From NCBI RefSeq assembly GCF_009914755.1, contig NC_060930.1: DNA of 64,000 bases. One strand, 5' to 3'. The stretch comes from the human T2T-CHM13v2.0 reference genome, Homo sapiens. Shown here one piece after another: positions 26,354-40,846 of this stretch (position 1 is the stretch's first letter; each line of letters begins with the position of its first letter). A model generated the notes under the pieces. The model made no database searches. It saw only the letters and a program-made list of their open reading frames with translations, and was not told the origin of the DNA. The translations under genes were made by a program, and so were the position numbers.

Positions 26354-27019
26354 TGAACCAACATGTTTCTTGATATCTCAGCTTCAATATCATTTGCTCA
26401 ATCTTGTTCCTCTCTTCTTGATTTTTTTTATTCCCAAGATTAAACACATTTAACATTTTTATAGTTGGCTTTTACATATTACCAAATCAGATACCTAAAT
26501 GTCACAAAATTCCTTCTTTTACTCCTTTGAGACTTATAGTCAGCCCACGATAAAATCTGATGTTTCTTCATGTACAATTCGGTTTACACTTATTCCAGTT
26601 CCAGTGTGATTTAATCAAAAGTTGTCTAGTTTCTAGAAGAAAATGCCTATAGCACAGACTTTATATCTTTTCCATTAAAATTATCTTCTTTAATTATTAT
26701 TGTAAAAAGTTAATGAAGTTCATATCTTTATCTTATAGCATATGGAAAAGATCTTTGTATCTTTCAGGATTCTGTATACATTTTCTTTTTATTCTATGTT
26801 GATACTAGTGGGTGCCCTGCTAATTTTAAAATTTACCTTCCTTTATAACCACAGTGACTAATTTCACTTACCTTCACCATCCTTCTCTTATCTACTTCCA
26901 ACCATCGAGACAAGACAGCCTTTCAGCACTCTTTAAAATAACCCATGTGATTTTGCATTCTCCAGATAATTAAACCTTGAAATGTTCATTAATAAAAAGT
27001 GTACTATACCTCTTTAACT

Positions 27020-27230
27020 TCCTAGTACTGTGAAGAGTGCTTGTCACATGGTAGGTGCTCAATAAATGTGTGATAAATAATAACTCCAAAGACAATGCTT
27101 ATTAAATGCCAGACCTTTCATGAGGAGCTTTAAGTGAATCATCTGTTTTAATCTTTCCAACAACCCAGGAGGAAACTAAAACTTATAAATATTAAATAAG
27201 TGAACCAAAGTCAAAGGTAAGTAAAATAAT
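27020..27230. mobile_element. L2 3' terminus (+) followed by MIR (-) fragment
   Basis: gtgcttgtcacatggtaggtgctcaataaatgtg (L2 end); atctgttttaatctttccaacaacccaggagg (MIR). Confidence 0.6.
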
Positions 27231-27538
27231 TAGTATAAATGCATCGTATATTATAATGAAAAATAAGAGCCATTAATCAGCTAGTTTATAACTTTTAATG
27301 GCTAATACCTTTGAATTTCATATTAAGGAAACTGTAACATCAGAAAGATTCATAATACATTTCACATAGTCAACTTTGGCAATAAAAGGATAAAATATAA
27401 AACAAACCACTACTCTGTAAAACAGAATAAATACATATTTAATGTGGTAACATTCCTTACAAGGAAACAAAAACAAAAAATATTGATAATAAACCATAGT
27501 CTGAGAGTTGAGATATACTCATTTATATATTTTTCTAA

Positions 27539-27599
27539 TACCTTTGGCCTCAGTACATTTTCACATTTGTACCTTGGCCTCGGCGTATTTTCACATTTA
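27539..27599. repeat. ~30-bp tandem duplication
   Basis: tacctttggcctcagtacattttcacatttg / taccttggcctcggcgtattttcacattta. Confidence 0.85.
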
Positions 27600-29030
27600 T
27601 ATGTATATAGTTGTCTTTTCACATGTATGTTAAGATCATGATAATTTAAGTTACTTGAAGACACTTATTATTTTATTTTGGAAGCCTCTCAAAATCTAAC
27701 ATAGTTTGCAACAAATAAAAAGATTTTGCTTCTACCATTATATGTAATGTGCAAAGTAAATGTGTATATGTAAATTATATGTATTATTAAAATGTAATGG
27801 AAAAGAAAATGAAAGTAACAATTTTAAGAAAATCAAATATAAGAACATATACAGGAATTAGAATGGAAAAAGTATTCTGGTATTATGAAAATGACATACA
27901 GGAGGAAAAGAAAGATGATCCAAGATGAGAAAGTTAGAGTTGGTTCAGTTAATGAGGCATAGACTACTCTGATGGAAGACCATCTTTTTTGCTGTAATGT
28001 GACAATACTGTGTTCAGAATTATTCTTGATATTATACTACTAAAGGCCATTGGAACCCAACTATATAGTTTGTTAAACTAGGTTTAATAGCATGCTACTG
28101 CAAGGAGACCACATCACCAGGGAGACCATTGAATTGGTAGGGATCAGGCAGGATTTGCAAACCTAGGAATTTCTGGAACCACATTAATCTGTGAGGAGTT
28201 ACTATTGTCTGTGGTTTTGAGATGGTGTATATAGATTTAAGTAAGCTAATATTAGAAGAGTATGCGTTTAGATAGTTTTTGCATGTCATTTGCAGGATAG
28301 ATAGTCATGCATGTCATTACTTGGTATAGTTCTTCTGTTTTATAAATTATAGTACAGTCTTGCATAGTGTAGTTTCCATTTGAATTATCAGCTCCCTGCT
28401 CAGTTCTACTAGCAGAACTGCTTTTACTTTATCAATATTAATATAGTGAAATCCCATAAGAGTTAAATGAAATTAACTCATTGTCTGGAATAAACTAGAT
28501 AGTGGTTAATTATAACAAAGAAAAAGTATTTTTCCTCCTTGGTGACCTTCCAGTGCATAGAAGTAGTAGTATGACACACACTAGGCACTTTGCCTCCATT
28601 ATTACTCCCTGCTTTTACTTACCTCTTATTATTGTTCAGAATCCTGATGAACAACTCAGTCCCACTCCCACCTCCATGCCAGTAAAAAAAGCTTCGTCCT
28701 GGGTTAAGTCTGGTTGAACTCCAATTAGATTAATGAAATAAAGCAACATATTTATTCATTTATTTATGAAGCTGTGGCTGAAAATTTATACTAGCTGACT
28801 TTTAAGTCCACTCAAATGAGTGATTCTATGATTCTTTGAATCCTGTAGCAAACAGATATCAAGTGAATTCTTCAGGATGGAATGGTGTTTACTTATTGAA
28901 TAAGCATCAGAACTTTGAGCTGCTGCTCTCTTCTATTTTAGTATTATGTTATAATTCATTATGACTGAAATTAAAATAAATGAACACACCCCAATCTAAG
29001 AGCTAATTAGTTACATTAAAAACTATATGT

Positions 29031-29333
<303 letters not shown>

Positions 29334-29445
29334 CTATATATAGTGTTAATATGGTTTCACTTTACCCAAAGTTTAGAATTGTATGGGTTTGTTTGGGTTC
29401 AAATGAGTGTGGTCAGGGGTGGGCATAAATAACACAGTGAAAATA

Positions 29446-30122
29446 CAGTAGTCTCCCCTTATCTGCTGGGGATATGATCCAAGATCCCCAGCAGATGTCT
29501 GAACCTGTGGATAGTACTGAAAGCTATTTATACAGTTGTTCCTCAGCATCTTTTGGGGATTGGTTTAAGGACTCTGCAGGTTAACTAAACTTGAGCACAA
29601 AAGCTCAAGTTCCTTATATAAAATGGTAAAGTATTTGTATATAACCTACACACTTCCTCTTGTAAGCTTTAAAACATCTCTGGATTACTTGTAATACCTA
29701 CTATAATGTAAATGCTAGGTAAATAGTAGTTATACTGCATTGTTTAGGAAATAACGACAATAGTCTGTACATGTTTAGTACAGGCACAACCACTCATTTT
29801 TTTTTTTCAAATATTTTCCACCCCAGGTTGGTTGAATCCATGGATGCAAAACCCATGGATACAGGGGGAAAACCTAACTATGTTTTTTCCTTTACAGTAG
29901 CAAGCATGTGGCATATACAGCATGTATATGCTAGACGAAGGGATGATTCATGTCCCAGGAGGAACAGAGTGGGAAGGAATCACACTACTTGGAATGGCAT
30001 ACAATTTAAAACTTAACAAATTTTTTATTTCTGAAATTTTCCATTTAATATTCTCAGACCATGGTTGACAGCAGGAAACTGAAACTGCAGTAAGCAAAAC
30101 CACAAATAAGAAGGAACTACGA
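29446..30122 (-). mobile_element. MER44 (Tigger7-derived) DNA transposon, interrupted by MER2
   Basis: TIR cagtagtctccccttatc after TA at the left; reverse complement of the MER44 5' end at 29900-30122. Confidence 0.8.
29533..29875 (+). mobile_element. MER2 DNA transposon nested in MER44
   Basis: cagttgttcctcagcatc...ccttatataaaatggtaaagtatttgtatataacctacac...ttggttgaatccatggatgcaaaacccatggatac. Confidence 0.85.
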
Positions 30123-30868
30123 TAATATTTTAGCTTTCCAAATGCCATTTTTTACCCACAAGTACAAGGTATGTACTTTATGGTTTTAGCAAAAGTAACG
30201 AGTTCTTGCCAAACTATTCACATATTTAAAATGATCTGGTGACTTTGCATTTACAAGAGGTTGGTTGGGATTATCTCTAGGATCAATGGCAATGAACAAG
30301 AGGGAAATAACAGAGCATATAATTCCATGACCTTGGAAATATGGCCTCTGTGAACACTTCTATCCCTGAAGTAATTATTGAGGAAGAAAATATTTTTGTC
30401 CTTGCTTTTAATGAAATCTGTAGAATTAATATACTCAACCAAGCAAATGATCCTGGACACTGCTTTCACTTTGAGTGGCTTCTTTATTCTTGATCAGGTT
30501 TTATATAACTTGTCTCTGGTACTTACCATAATACCATATGTTGATAATAACCTTTGCATTGAAAAGTCCTGATAAATGTATTTTTAAAATATGTGCTGCT
30601 ATAATGCATATTTATATTAAAGCTGAATCAATAAACACAATATTTTATTGTGGGAAGGATTTTCAACCATGCTGCTTAGCTTAACAGAGCACTCATAAAT
30701 ACCAAAAGTTCCTTAGTAAGCCCAAACTCACTCTACCAAATCTAAAAGCACACTGTTTTGAGATGGAATAGTATCCCTTAGACTTCTATTTGTTAAAACA
30801 ATAACTAAATTTGAGTTAAATAATTACACATAGTGCTTACAATGTATAAAATACTTCCACAAAAAAGT

Positions 30869-31357
30869 TGTTATTGGTTAAATTGTGCCCCCAAAAAGAT
30901 ATGTTTTAAATACTAACCCCGGAAAACTGTGAACATAACCTTATTTGAAAATAGGGTCTTTTTAGATATAGTCAAATTTGGAGGCAGATCAAATTTAGAT
31001 ATAATCAAATTTGGATCCATGGGATTAGCATGGATCCTAATTCCAAATGGCTGGTGTCCTAATATGAAGAAGGAAGATGCCCGTGTGAAGACAGAGACAT
31101 ACAGCGAGAATACATGTGTAGACAGAGGAAGAAACTGGAGTAATGCAGCTGCAAGCCAAGGAATGCCAAAAACTGATGGCCAACAGTAGAAGTCAGGGAG
31201 AGGCAAGGAAAGATTCTACCCTGTGTCTTAAAAGGAGCATGACCCTGCTGACATATTGGACTTCTAGCCTCCAGAACTATGAGAAAAATAAATGTCTTTT
31301 GTTTTAACTCACCCAGTTTGTGGTACTTCGTTATCACAATGCTATGAAACAAATACA
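30869..31357 (+). mobile_element. MLT1C-like solo LTR
   Basis: tgttattggttaaattgtgccccc...gcaagccaaggaatgcc...ctagcctccagaactatgaga...aaacaaataca. Confidence 0.88.
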
Positions 31358-34300
31358 AGCGTTATCTGTTTTGAAAATCCAGTTTTGCAAAGACAGACTC
31401 ATTTATTCTTAAAGAATAAATCTACTAAAATGTAGAATGCCATATTACGTAATGAAACAAAATTAACTCACCATATTCATTCAAGGTGACATTTAGAACT
31501 CTCCCACATACATTTTATATTAATATTTTAGTGTGAAAAATATTCCTCTTAAATCTATGAGTGTTGTCCTAATTTAAACCATACACTTTTACAATTTATG
31601 CAGTAGCTAGAAGTTAGTCATTTCCATCTTTAGCATTTCTACTTGAGACAACTTACCTGGTGAGATTTTGCCACCGTATCAAAAAACAAGGAAAGTGGTA
31701 ATGATGGCTGAAACATTAAGGAGAGGTACAGAGGTATGAGTTCTATATTTGTGGATAATATTCAGGTTTTCTAAAAAAACTTTCCACAAAGCAATCACAT
31801 TTCTCTAGTTTTTCTACAAAGAATGTAAATGCTGCCCACTGAATGATGACTCAATTCCAAAATGATGATTCCATTTCTTGAGAATTACATTTGACAGTAC
31901 ATTACTGATGATGGTGTTCAAGTTTTTTAAAAAAGCACTTATTGTGGAAAATGGTAAGATGAAAATCACCACTTTATGATTTCCTTGTGTCCACGTAGGA
32001 GCCCAGAACTATCCCAATACATATTAACTTTCTTTATTTAGTCCTCCATTTGTCACTTATGGTGTCAAAATATCACATTAATTTCATTGCTGTACCATAG
32101 AAGAATGGCAATTATAGAAATACTAAGCACTATATAAAAATACTCACAGTGTGCTACATATCCAATGGTATATTAGACTTTTTTTCCTTTGCTATAAGAA
32201 AAATCTAAATATCTCTTTCTAAAGAAAGTAAAATGCATTAGATTTGAAAAATACAATGCTATGTTTTACACAGTCTGTTTAAATACCTTCGATTTTGGAG
32301 AGAATTTTTAGTTCATAAACTTTTCTGTTTTTATGAACCATTATGGCTTTGGATATTTATTAGTTATTAGCCATATTAGTGCCAACTTAAAGCTGTGGTT
32401 TTGTATACAATGCCCTGAAATTTCACCCTACTAACCTTTACATAGACTTACAAGTCATTGGTGCATAATAAGTATAGCTTCCACTTAATGAAGCTAGCTC
32501 TTTATATTTTTAACACTCATTTGGAAAACCAATTAACTCTGGCTCTATTGAATAAATTGAACAGGAAATAAATCAAGTGTTGAAACATTGGTGACAGGCC
32601 AGACTTTCTGTAATTAGAGTGTTGATATGCCTAAGGCTGTCCATGTGGAGTTCTGTATTTTGATCGACAACTCCCATAGATTAAAGTCATTAAATATTTT
32701 TAGCACATTGTCCACATCTCCCGTCTTAAAACCCAGAGGCTTGAATCACAGGGAAAAATCCCTAAAAGTGCCACAAATTTACTTAGGAATTTCACTTATT
32801 ATTTCTTATTCAACTTGCCAAGATAATATCTACTATGATAAGTAAGATGCAACTCTACTGTTCTTCACATCAGTTCCATTCAGAAAGGATATTTTGCTGC
32901 CTTCCTTTTTAAAAAAGACCTTTCAATTGTTAAAATCAGAATATTGGGCAGAGAAAACCTCTGTAAGTAAAAAAAAAAAAAAAGGATAGTAGGCAATGCA
33001 GAGACAGGGGAAGAGAAAAGGATAGAAAAAAGACGTTAGGGACTCAAGAAGTTATTGAAATTTAATATAATATACTAAGATGAATAGAAGAAATAATGAT
33101 TAAAAAGAGAAGTGGAAGCGCCAATGCTAAAAAATTGGGAGTGTTAATTCTGCACTATCTCTGACAGACTTAAGGAAGTAGTATCCAGGAAATGAAGGAT
33201 CCTGGTCTCTTCATACTAGGTCTGGGCTAGAGTGAATTCATATGGTTTAACAGTGCCTAGAAGAAATGCACTTCAAGATCATGTTGTTGTTCCACGTTCA
33301 CCACACATTTTTGACACTGGACAATGGAATGACAAAAAGGTCATTGAAAATGTGTGCCTCTTTTTGTAAATGGTGAAATTAATATTTCATTATACTCATC
33401 CATTTCCTGTAGGTTTGGTTACTGTAAGCCATTTTCCCAGAATCTGCTAAGTCCTGAAGGATAGTAAAACTGGATTTCCAGATCCCCAAAGTGAACAAAA
33501 TAAGCATAAAAATTATACCAACCAGTTTTATCTCCCCCTAACAATGTTTTTCCTTGTTACTTTGAGCGATATTTTTTCCTCAGAATAATGTCCTCAAAAT
33601 CTGATTATTAGGTCAAAGAAAATATACATTCTTATGTATGTTACTAGGAATTGCGTTTTTGGAGCCCAAAAGGTTCGGGAAAATCTATAATACCCTCAGT
33701 AGTTAGTTTAGTGAATAATTGAATTAACTACTTCCTCTAATTTCTCTTTTTTTCTCTTAATTTTTTCCAATATATTTTTCTTCTAAAAATGCTTATTTTA
33801 GCTATAATATCTTAATGCATTTTAACCACTGAGAAATCTTTAGCCCTTTTGAAAGGCAGGAGGTATTTAATGTGTAAACTATAAAATGATTTCATTCATA
33901 CAAATCAATCTTGAGGAAATGAATATTCAGATGAGGCCAAATGAAGGGTTAAGAGAATAAGGGATTCAGGAAATAATTTTTACACCAAATTTTAATTGAT
34001 AATTTAAATAAAAACATTTCAATATTAATTTCTCAAAATATTTTCAAATATAATGTAACTTAAGGAAATAAAACAAAATGTTGGAGCTTACTTTGTCCCT
34101 ACTGTGACTTTCTTCCCCTCTTTCTTTCCTGAGAGACATACACAGTTCTCAAGTTGATACATATCTTATCTGTCCATTCTTAATGCTGTATACAGATATA
34201 TCTATAAACAATATCAATATTGTGTTTTCGGCATTTTGTTGCTTGTTTTATTGATTAGTAACTGAGTGCACTGTTCTTTCTGAGATAAAATGAGGTCCAC

Positions 34301-34399
34301 AAACAATTTTGTTCTTCCCAAATAGGGCCTTACATTAAATTTGATTCATGTTTATAAATATTGTTTTCAATATTAGAGAAAGCAAATTTTCCATTTCCT

Positions 34400-35290
34400 A
34401 GCACTTAGGTGAAGACATACAGAAAAATAAACAAATGAACATGATAATTGATGATGTTAAGAGATTTGAAAGAAATAGGCAGGCAGATGAGGCAAGATAA
34501 GTCTGAACAGCTGACTTCTAACTGAAACCAACTGATAAGAATAAAATGGCCAAGCCAAGAGCTGGGAACAAGCAGTCTGATTAAAGGAACTAGCAGGTGC
34601 CAAAGTCCCAAATAATGAACAAAAGTGAAGTTCTCAACAATAAAAAGCATTGTCAAACACCCTGTGAAGTGTGTAGCATTTTATCCTTTATTTTCAGGTA
34701 AGGCACAGGAAGGTTCATGAACTCGTGCAAACTAGAAAGTGGTAAAGCCAAGATGCAAGCCTGGGCAGTCTGTTTCAAGAACCTTGCTCTCAATATGCAC
34801 AAAGCCACTTGTCTGAGCCAGAAAGAAAGTTAATGGAGATGCTAGCAAGTAGCTTTGGTCAGTTGTGAAAAGAGTTGTGGTTAACTTTTTCAAATTACCA
34901 TGGGATGACATTGAAGATCCATTAGATGACACTAGAAGACTTTCATGAGATTCTAGTTGAGGGATGATGATGGCTCAGATCAGACCACACCATGGATGGG
35001 GACATTCAGGATGCGTTTTGTAAGTGTAACCAAAATCACTTCTTGATGGATTTGATTTGGGAGGTGAGAAAATAGAGAAACATAGAATGAAATATAAGAT
35101 TTTGGGCTTGAGCAGTGGGTGAATAGAGATATTATAGAGAAGATGAAGAATATTCAAGAAAAGATAGGTTTGACAGGGCCTGAGGTTATAGAACAGAAAT
35201 TATATTTTGGCTATTTTAAGCAGTTAGTCAGATTAACAAATTCAGATCTTAGGGAGAGTTTACTTCTGGAAAATCAATTTAGAATTGATG
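34400..35290 (-). mobile_element. L2 fragments with intervening MIR (~34660-34800)
   Basis: aaaggaactagcaggtgccaaagtccc; cttgatggatttgatttgggaggtgag...tttgggcttgagcagtgggtgaatag. Confidence 0.7.
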
Positions 35291-35890
35291 AAATATAAAC
35301 TAATTAGAGGGTCAAACCAATCCCTGCTTCCTGTCAGGAATAATTTTTGCTCATAGGTGTTTTCTGGAAGTCACATTTGTATTCCTGTTTTAATGTAAAT
35401 TTGCAGACTACAGTCATACACAATCCATTTATGCAGAAGGGATCTCATTTGCTGGCAGATTTCTTATGGTCTTCTCCATGCATGTGGGACACATTTAGTC
35501 AAACTATTTATTAGGTCTGTGGTTTTTAATAACAGGTTATTTTGGAGATAAATTGAATGGTAGTAAACAACAGATAATTGAGAGAATCAATGTGCTACCT
35601 GGATAGCCATATACGTGTGGCACCCTTTCCTTTTATGTTTCTTACATCTACTCTAATGGGGCTGACTAAATTCCTACTGACTGTGTGAGGAGAATTTCAC
35701 TCAGAATTGGGAAATCTGTATCGAATGACTATGTAAGCTGAATGAATTGAGATTTAAACCTGTTTGTCTATTATTTTTTCCCTTGGTTCCATAAGATTAA
35801 GCATTATTAGAGATATCTATGTTTCCTCATCAATTAAACAACTGCACCCCTCAGGAACCTGAATACTTGACTTTCAACTCTCTCTTACTT

Positions 35891-36082
35891 TAGAGGTTTT
35901 CAAAATGTAGCTTGTGGACCACCTCTGTTAGAATCTACTGGGGTGCTATTTAAACAATATAAAAACCTGGGTCCTACTAGCAAGACATCTTACATCAGGA
36001 AGTGTAGATTAGGGTTTGCAACATTGCATTTTAGTAAACTTTCAAGATAATTTTTATATTTGCTAAAATTTAAGGATTGCTT
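35891..36082. mobile_element. MER5A/B hAT DNA transposon
   Basis: agaggttttcaaaatgtagcttgtggaccacct...ttgcattttagtaaac...aaaatttaaggattgct. Confidence 0.65.
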
Positions 36083-36719
36083 TAATGTCCTCTGTAGAAC
36101 TTGTGTAATTGCACTGCATCATTAGTGGACACAGGATATGAGTGAGGACTCAGCTGGATCTATGTGGAAACATTTTAATGCTAATGCACAGGTATCAATG
36201 ACTTAAAATGCTGAGAGCATATAAAAGGTAAGATGACACTTCTAAGATCAACTATCTGAATTGAAGATGAAAGTTCTGTTGGCAAGCAGACTCTTTCTAT
36301 CTTTCCTTGGCTATGTTCCCACTACGCATCTGCAGGTTGCTAGAGTGATGAGTGTTGGAGACTCATTTTACTGCTGCAATAAAGTTTTTTTTTCCACTTA
36401 TAAGCCTTGGAAACTATGAATTTATTTTAGCTAGGTTTTAGATGTCCTATGGATTGCTTCCATTTTTAGTGGGTGTCACATTGTTAAGATTTTTTTTTCC
36501 ATTAGAGACCAATGACTGGTATTTCTGTTAGAGTAAGAATTCAACATAGTACAGATTATATAGGTGTCTGAAGTTGTTTAAGGCTTGAACCTACTAGTAT
36601 GCACACTCCAGATAAAAATGTCTTCATTTATGTAGTCAGAAGACATAGTTGACCCATTGTGTCAAATTTTCTAAAGAATTTTCATGAATTCCCTTGAATG
36701 TGTTTATTTGAGATTCTTC

Positions 36720-37770
36720 CATTTTCTCTTTTCTTAAAATACTCTCAGAAACAAAATTACCTGATTCATTTCAATGACTTCCATAGCCATCTCTAGGGAT
36801 AAACACCAGGTGTATGGTTCCAAACCAACTTTTTCTGATAAACTTTAGACCTGTATTGCCCACTGCCAATTAGTTATCTTTTCTAGGCTAACCTATAGGT
36901 ACCTCCAAATCAGTCTATCAAAAACGAAGTTCATCTTCTTTTCCCAAATTGTTTCTTCATCCTACTGTAGCCTATCCCAGCAAATTATGTCGACATTTAC
37001 CCAGTTTTCCAAGTCAAGAAGACTGAACACTCTAACCTCCTCCCTTTCTATATCCAGTTAATCACTGAGTCCTGTTAACTTTATTCTCTAAATATTTCAT
37101 GAATCTCTTGACTTTTCCTCAACTCCAGTACCTTCAGCCTTGTATTAGATCGCCATTTTCTATCATCTTCATCAGTGCTTCAATGTTCTAATGTGGTTTC
37201 CTTTTCAATCTTCTACTCTTCTCACTAATTCTCCACAAAACTCAGGTCTCATTCTAGCATACTTAAAAATCTTCTCATGGTTTTCCATGATTCTTAGGAT
37301 GAAGTCTAACTTCTTAAATCACCCTAAAATTTTTCTTATTTATTTATGTGGCCCTAGCTTAACTCTCCAGCTAACCTATTTCTATTCCCTACTCTATGCT
37401 TTTGTGTTCAGTTCTCTGCACTATGTCAGCAATGTAGTCTTACAAACAAGCTCTCTCCTTCTCAGACTCTATCTTCATTCTCTAAGCTGTGACATGGGCT
37501 ATAACCTCAACTAAATACTCTCTCACATCCCCTCAGAAGAGATCAGTGTCTCTTTTCTCTGTACCCATGATAAGTCATATTATTTCTACTACAATCCTTG
37601 AAACAGTGTATCATAATTAGCTCTCTGATTTGTAACTCTATATTCCACCAGTTGGTCATCTCCATAAGGACAGGCACCATTCCTATGTGGGTAGTTTTTT
37701 TTTACTATTAAATCTCCAGTGTCTGACACAATGCCTAGGTTAACATATATATGCTAAATGATGCATGATG
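36720..37770 (+). mobile_element. L2 3' region
   Basis: Pyrimidine-rich L2 text ending tctccagtgtctgacacaatgcctagg. Confidence 0.75.
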
Positions 37771-38877
37771 GGGTCATTCTAGCTGATAGGTGTTGGTTGC
37801 TGGGTTTTACTGAGTTAAAGTAAATTCTATGTTTCTGACTAGACTCAGTTGCAAAGGGGCCATGAGAATGCTTTAATATTCCACCACAACCAAGGAAGGA
37901 GGGTTGGGGAGACATACATAACACATTGCTGACATCTCTTAGTTCTCACTAAAGGTTTTCCCCAGATCATCAGTGAGGAAAAATTCAGTTTATATTGGAA
38001 CCCTATAAAAAGTTGTATATAATTTTTGATATTAAGCTAAAACCAAATACATTTTCTGATAAAGCATGTGCATTCAGTCTTTTGCAGAATATCATTGCTA
38101 TTCTTTACACAAATTTTATGTAAAGAAGTCCTCTCTTTATATAAAAAGATTGCAGAGATTGGGAAGAATTTATCTGATGGTTAAAGACATAGTCTAATGT
38201 GCCAAGTGAGCAAATTCAGAAATAGAATATTTCTTCCAGGATATTGTCTTAGTATGCGATATTTCTCTCAGAACATGATACTCATTATAACAAATCAGTT
38301 CATTTTATGATTATCCTCATCAGTGAGGTAATTGCTTCAAAATGGTTTTCCATTATCTATTGCTTTTCCTGAATGTTGGGATGTATTGACGAATTGTTGC
38401 TTCCTTGTAACATACATTTTATCTTCTGAGTATGTCGATTTAAGATGACCTTGTACCTGAAGTAAAGGTTGTTCAAATTTACAGTTTTCAAAAATGTGTG
38501 GCTACTCAAAATTTGCAGATTATAAAATTAAAACTGAGAAATCAAAAACCAGTAAAACATGTATATGAGTCTCTTAATGAAGAAATAATGTCTGAAATAA
38601 CATGCTCCAAAATGTGAGATCCAAGTTAAATCATGTAGAAATATTAACAATCAATTCTTTTTTAATTTGGTGACACAAAAACCAAACAGAAAATATTTAC
38701 TTTTATCTTCAGAGTTTTCCCAAAAGAAAATTTTTTAATTTTAATAATACAAGATATGCATGACTTTAAAAGTTCAAAGAGTATTGTCAGAGCACTAAGC
38801 AGTTGTGTTTACAATAAACAAAGCTCTGAATCTGGTAAAGCTTATGCTCCAATTTTTATTCATCTTGTCTAGTCAAA

Positions 38878-39267
38878 TGATATGGTTTGGCTCTGTTCCC
38901 ACCCAAATCTCATGTCAAACTGTGATCCTGAGTGTTGGAGGGCCTGGTGGGAGGTGAATGGATCATGAAGGTGTTTTTCTAATGGTTTTGAACCATCCCC
39001 CTTGTGCTGTCTCGTGATAGAGTTCTCACAAAATGGGGTTGTTTGAAAGCGTGTAGCACTCCCCCTTCATGCTCTCTCTCTCTCTCCTGCTGCCATGTGA
39101 AGATGTGCTTGCTTCCCCTCAGCCTTCTGCCATGATTGTAAGTTTCCTAAGGCCTCCCAGCCATGCTTCTTGTTAAGCCTGTGGAACTGTGAGTCAATTA
39201 ACCCTCCTGTCTTCATAAACTACCGAGTCTCGGGTAGTTCTTTATAGCAGTGTAATGGACTAAGACA
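38878..39267 (+). mobile_element. MSTA solo LTR
   Basis: tgatatggtttggctctg...tttatagcagtgtaatggactaagaca; TSD tcaaa/tcaac. Confidence 0.92.
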
Positions 39268-40382
39268 TCAACATCTGTTGAAAGTGCAGGATACTACTTT
39301 GCCCTAAAATTGGAACATGGAAAAACATGCATTTTAGAATTTCCACTTTCAAATGCCTCAGGAAATTTAAGATACTTTGAAAATTTCATATAACATACAT
39401 AACTAGGGAGGCTTTAAGTTTTATTAATATGACATTAAATCATTTCTGTTTGTTATAGATAACAGTATAATATGGTCAAATTCAGTTGTTAAATTGATTG
39501 TCTGCAAATACCTGCTTATGCACAATATTTAAATATTTACCAGAAATCTAAGCTTCCTAAAAATCAAATTTACTACACATTTTAAAAACAAGAGTAGTAC
39601 ATTAATCATAGTCATGTCATTCAAATGGCTAATTGTCCACATTGCCAAATATTCACCAGTATTAAAACTGGGAAAATTCCTATGCTATAGGTTATTAAAA
39701 TCTATCATTTCACAATTCTTATCTGGAAAATTTTCAGAGATACAGACCTTTTTATCACAAAGTTAATCTTCATTTTAATATTTATGTTATTTTAGCTGAA
39801 ATCAAGGAGGAAATTATTTCATTAGACAAAAGCATGTAGAAAAAGAATATATAGTCTGAAAATGAAACTAATTTATGCTAAAACAGTATTTCTATAAAAT
39901 GTCATTGCAGCCTTTAAAAATTATGTTTTTCAAAGAATTGTCATCTGACAAAGTGCACATTTTCTTTCTTGTGAAATGAAATGAATTATCAATTTAAAAT
40001 AGTGTTTCCATAGGCAAAACATATTCTGAGTCCTTGGGATTGATGGTGTAAATGCTGAATTTGCTCACATAAATAGCTGCCATAATTCTGCATCTAATCA
40101 TGCTTAATCCTCTAATATACCTCTGAATTTCTAGCTCTGACAAATAGCACGCCAACCTATGTGTACTTACACCAAAATTATCCTAAATATTTTTTGTAGT
40201 TAGTTTGATTTTGAGTAGAAAATGCATTTCTTCTTTAAAGGTCTTAAAAGTAAATGAACGCAGTTAAGAGGGTTGTAAAAATTCATCTAAGAAAAATCAT
40301 TCCTTTTGATCTGTTGACATAGTTACCGTTTAAAATTTATATGTGCTTGTGGTCATGCAACAAGTCCCCCATAAGGGTGTGG

Positions 40383-40645
40383 CACATTATAATGGCTAGG
40401 AACACAGACACTGCAGCCCAAGAATCTGGGTTCAGATGGTAGCTCCACCATCTGTTGTCTATGTGGGCTAGGGAAAGCGACTTTACCTCTTTGAGTCTTG
40501 GTGTCCTCGTGTACTCAATGGGGATGATGAGAATAGAACCTAGTTCACATCACTGTATGAGGATTAAATTAAATAAGTCAATATTTAAAAAATTTTTAGA
40601 GCAGTACCTGCCACATACTAAGCATTGTAAAACTGATGGTTAAAT
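40383..40645 (+). mobile_element. MIR SINE, near full length
   Basis: ctgggttcagatggtagctccacca...atgaggattaaattaaataa...agagcagtacctgccacatactaagc. Confidence 0.85.
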
Positions 40646-40846
40646 AACTTTGTAAGAAGCAGTGCTAGATTCGGATGCCAACACTTGGATGATTTCTCTG
40701 TCTTGGAGGGACAGGACATTCTTAACCTGACAACATAGATGTAAAAATACTTCTGGGTTGCAAATAATCAAAGAAGGAGTTTTCCAAATATTTTATTTTT
40801 CCCCTAAATTATTTTAGTCCTTGGACCTGGTCTTCATGTAAAGAAC

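Noticed and set aside
32342-32375. TATGGCTTT start and small hairpin reminiscent of miR-135
   Set aside because: Only the first 9 nt match and the stem is about 7 bp, far too short for a pre-miRNA.
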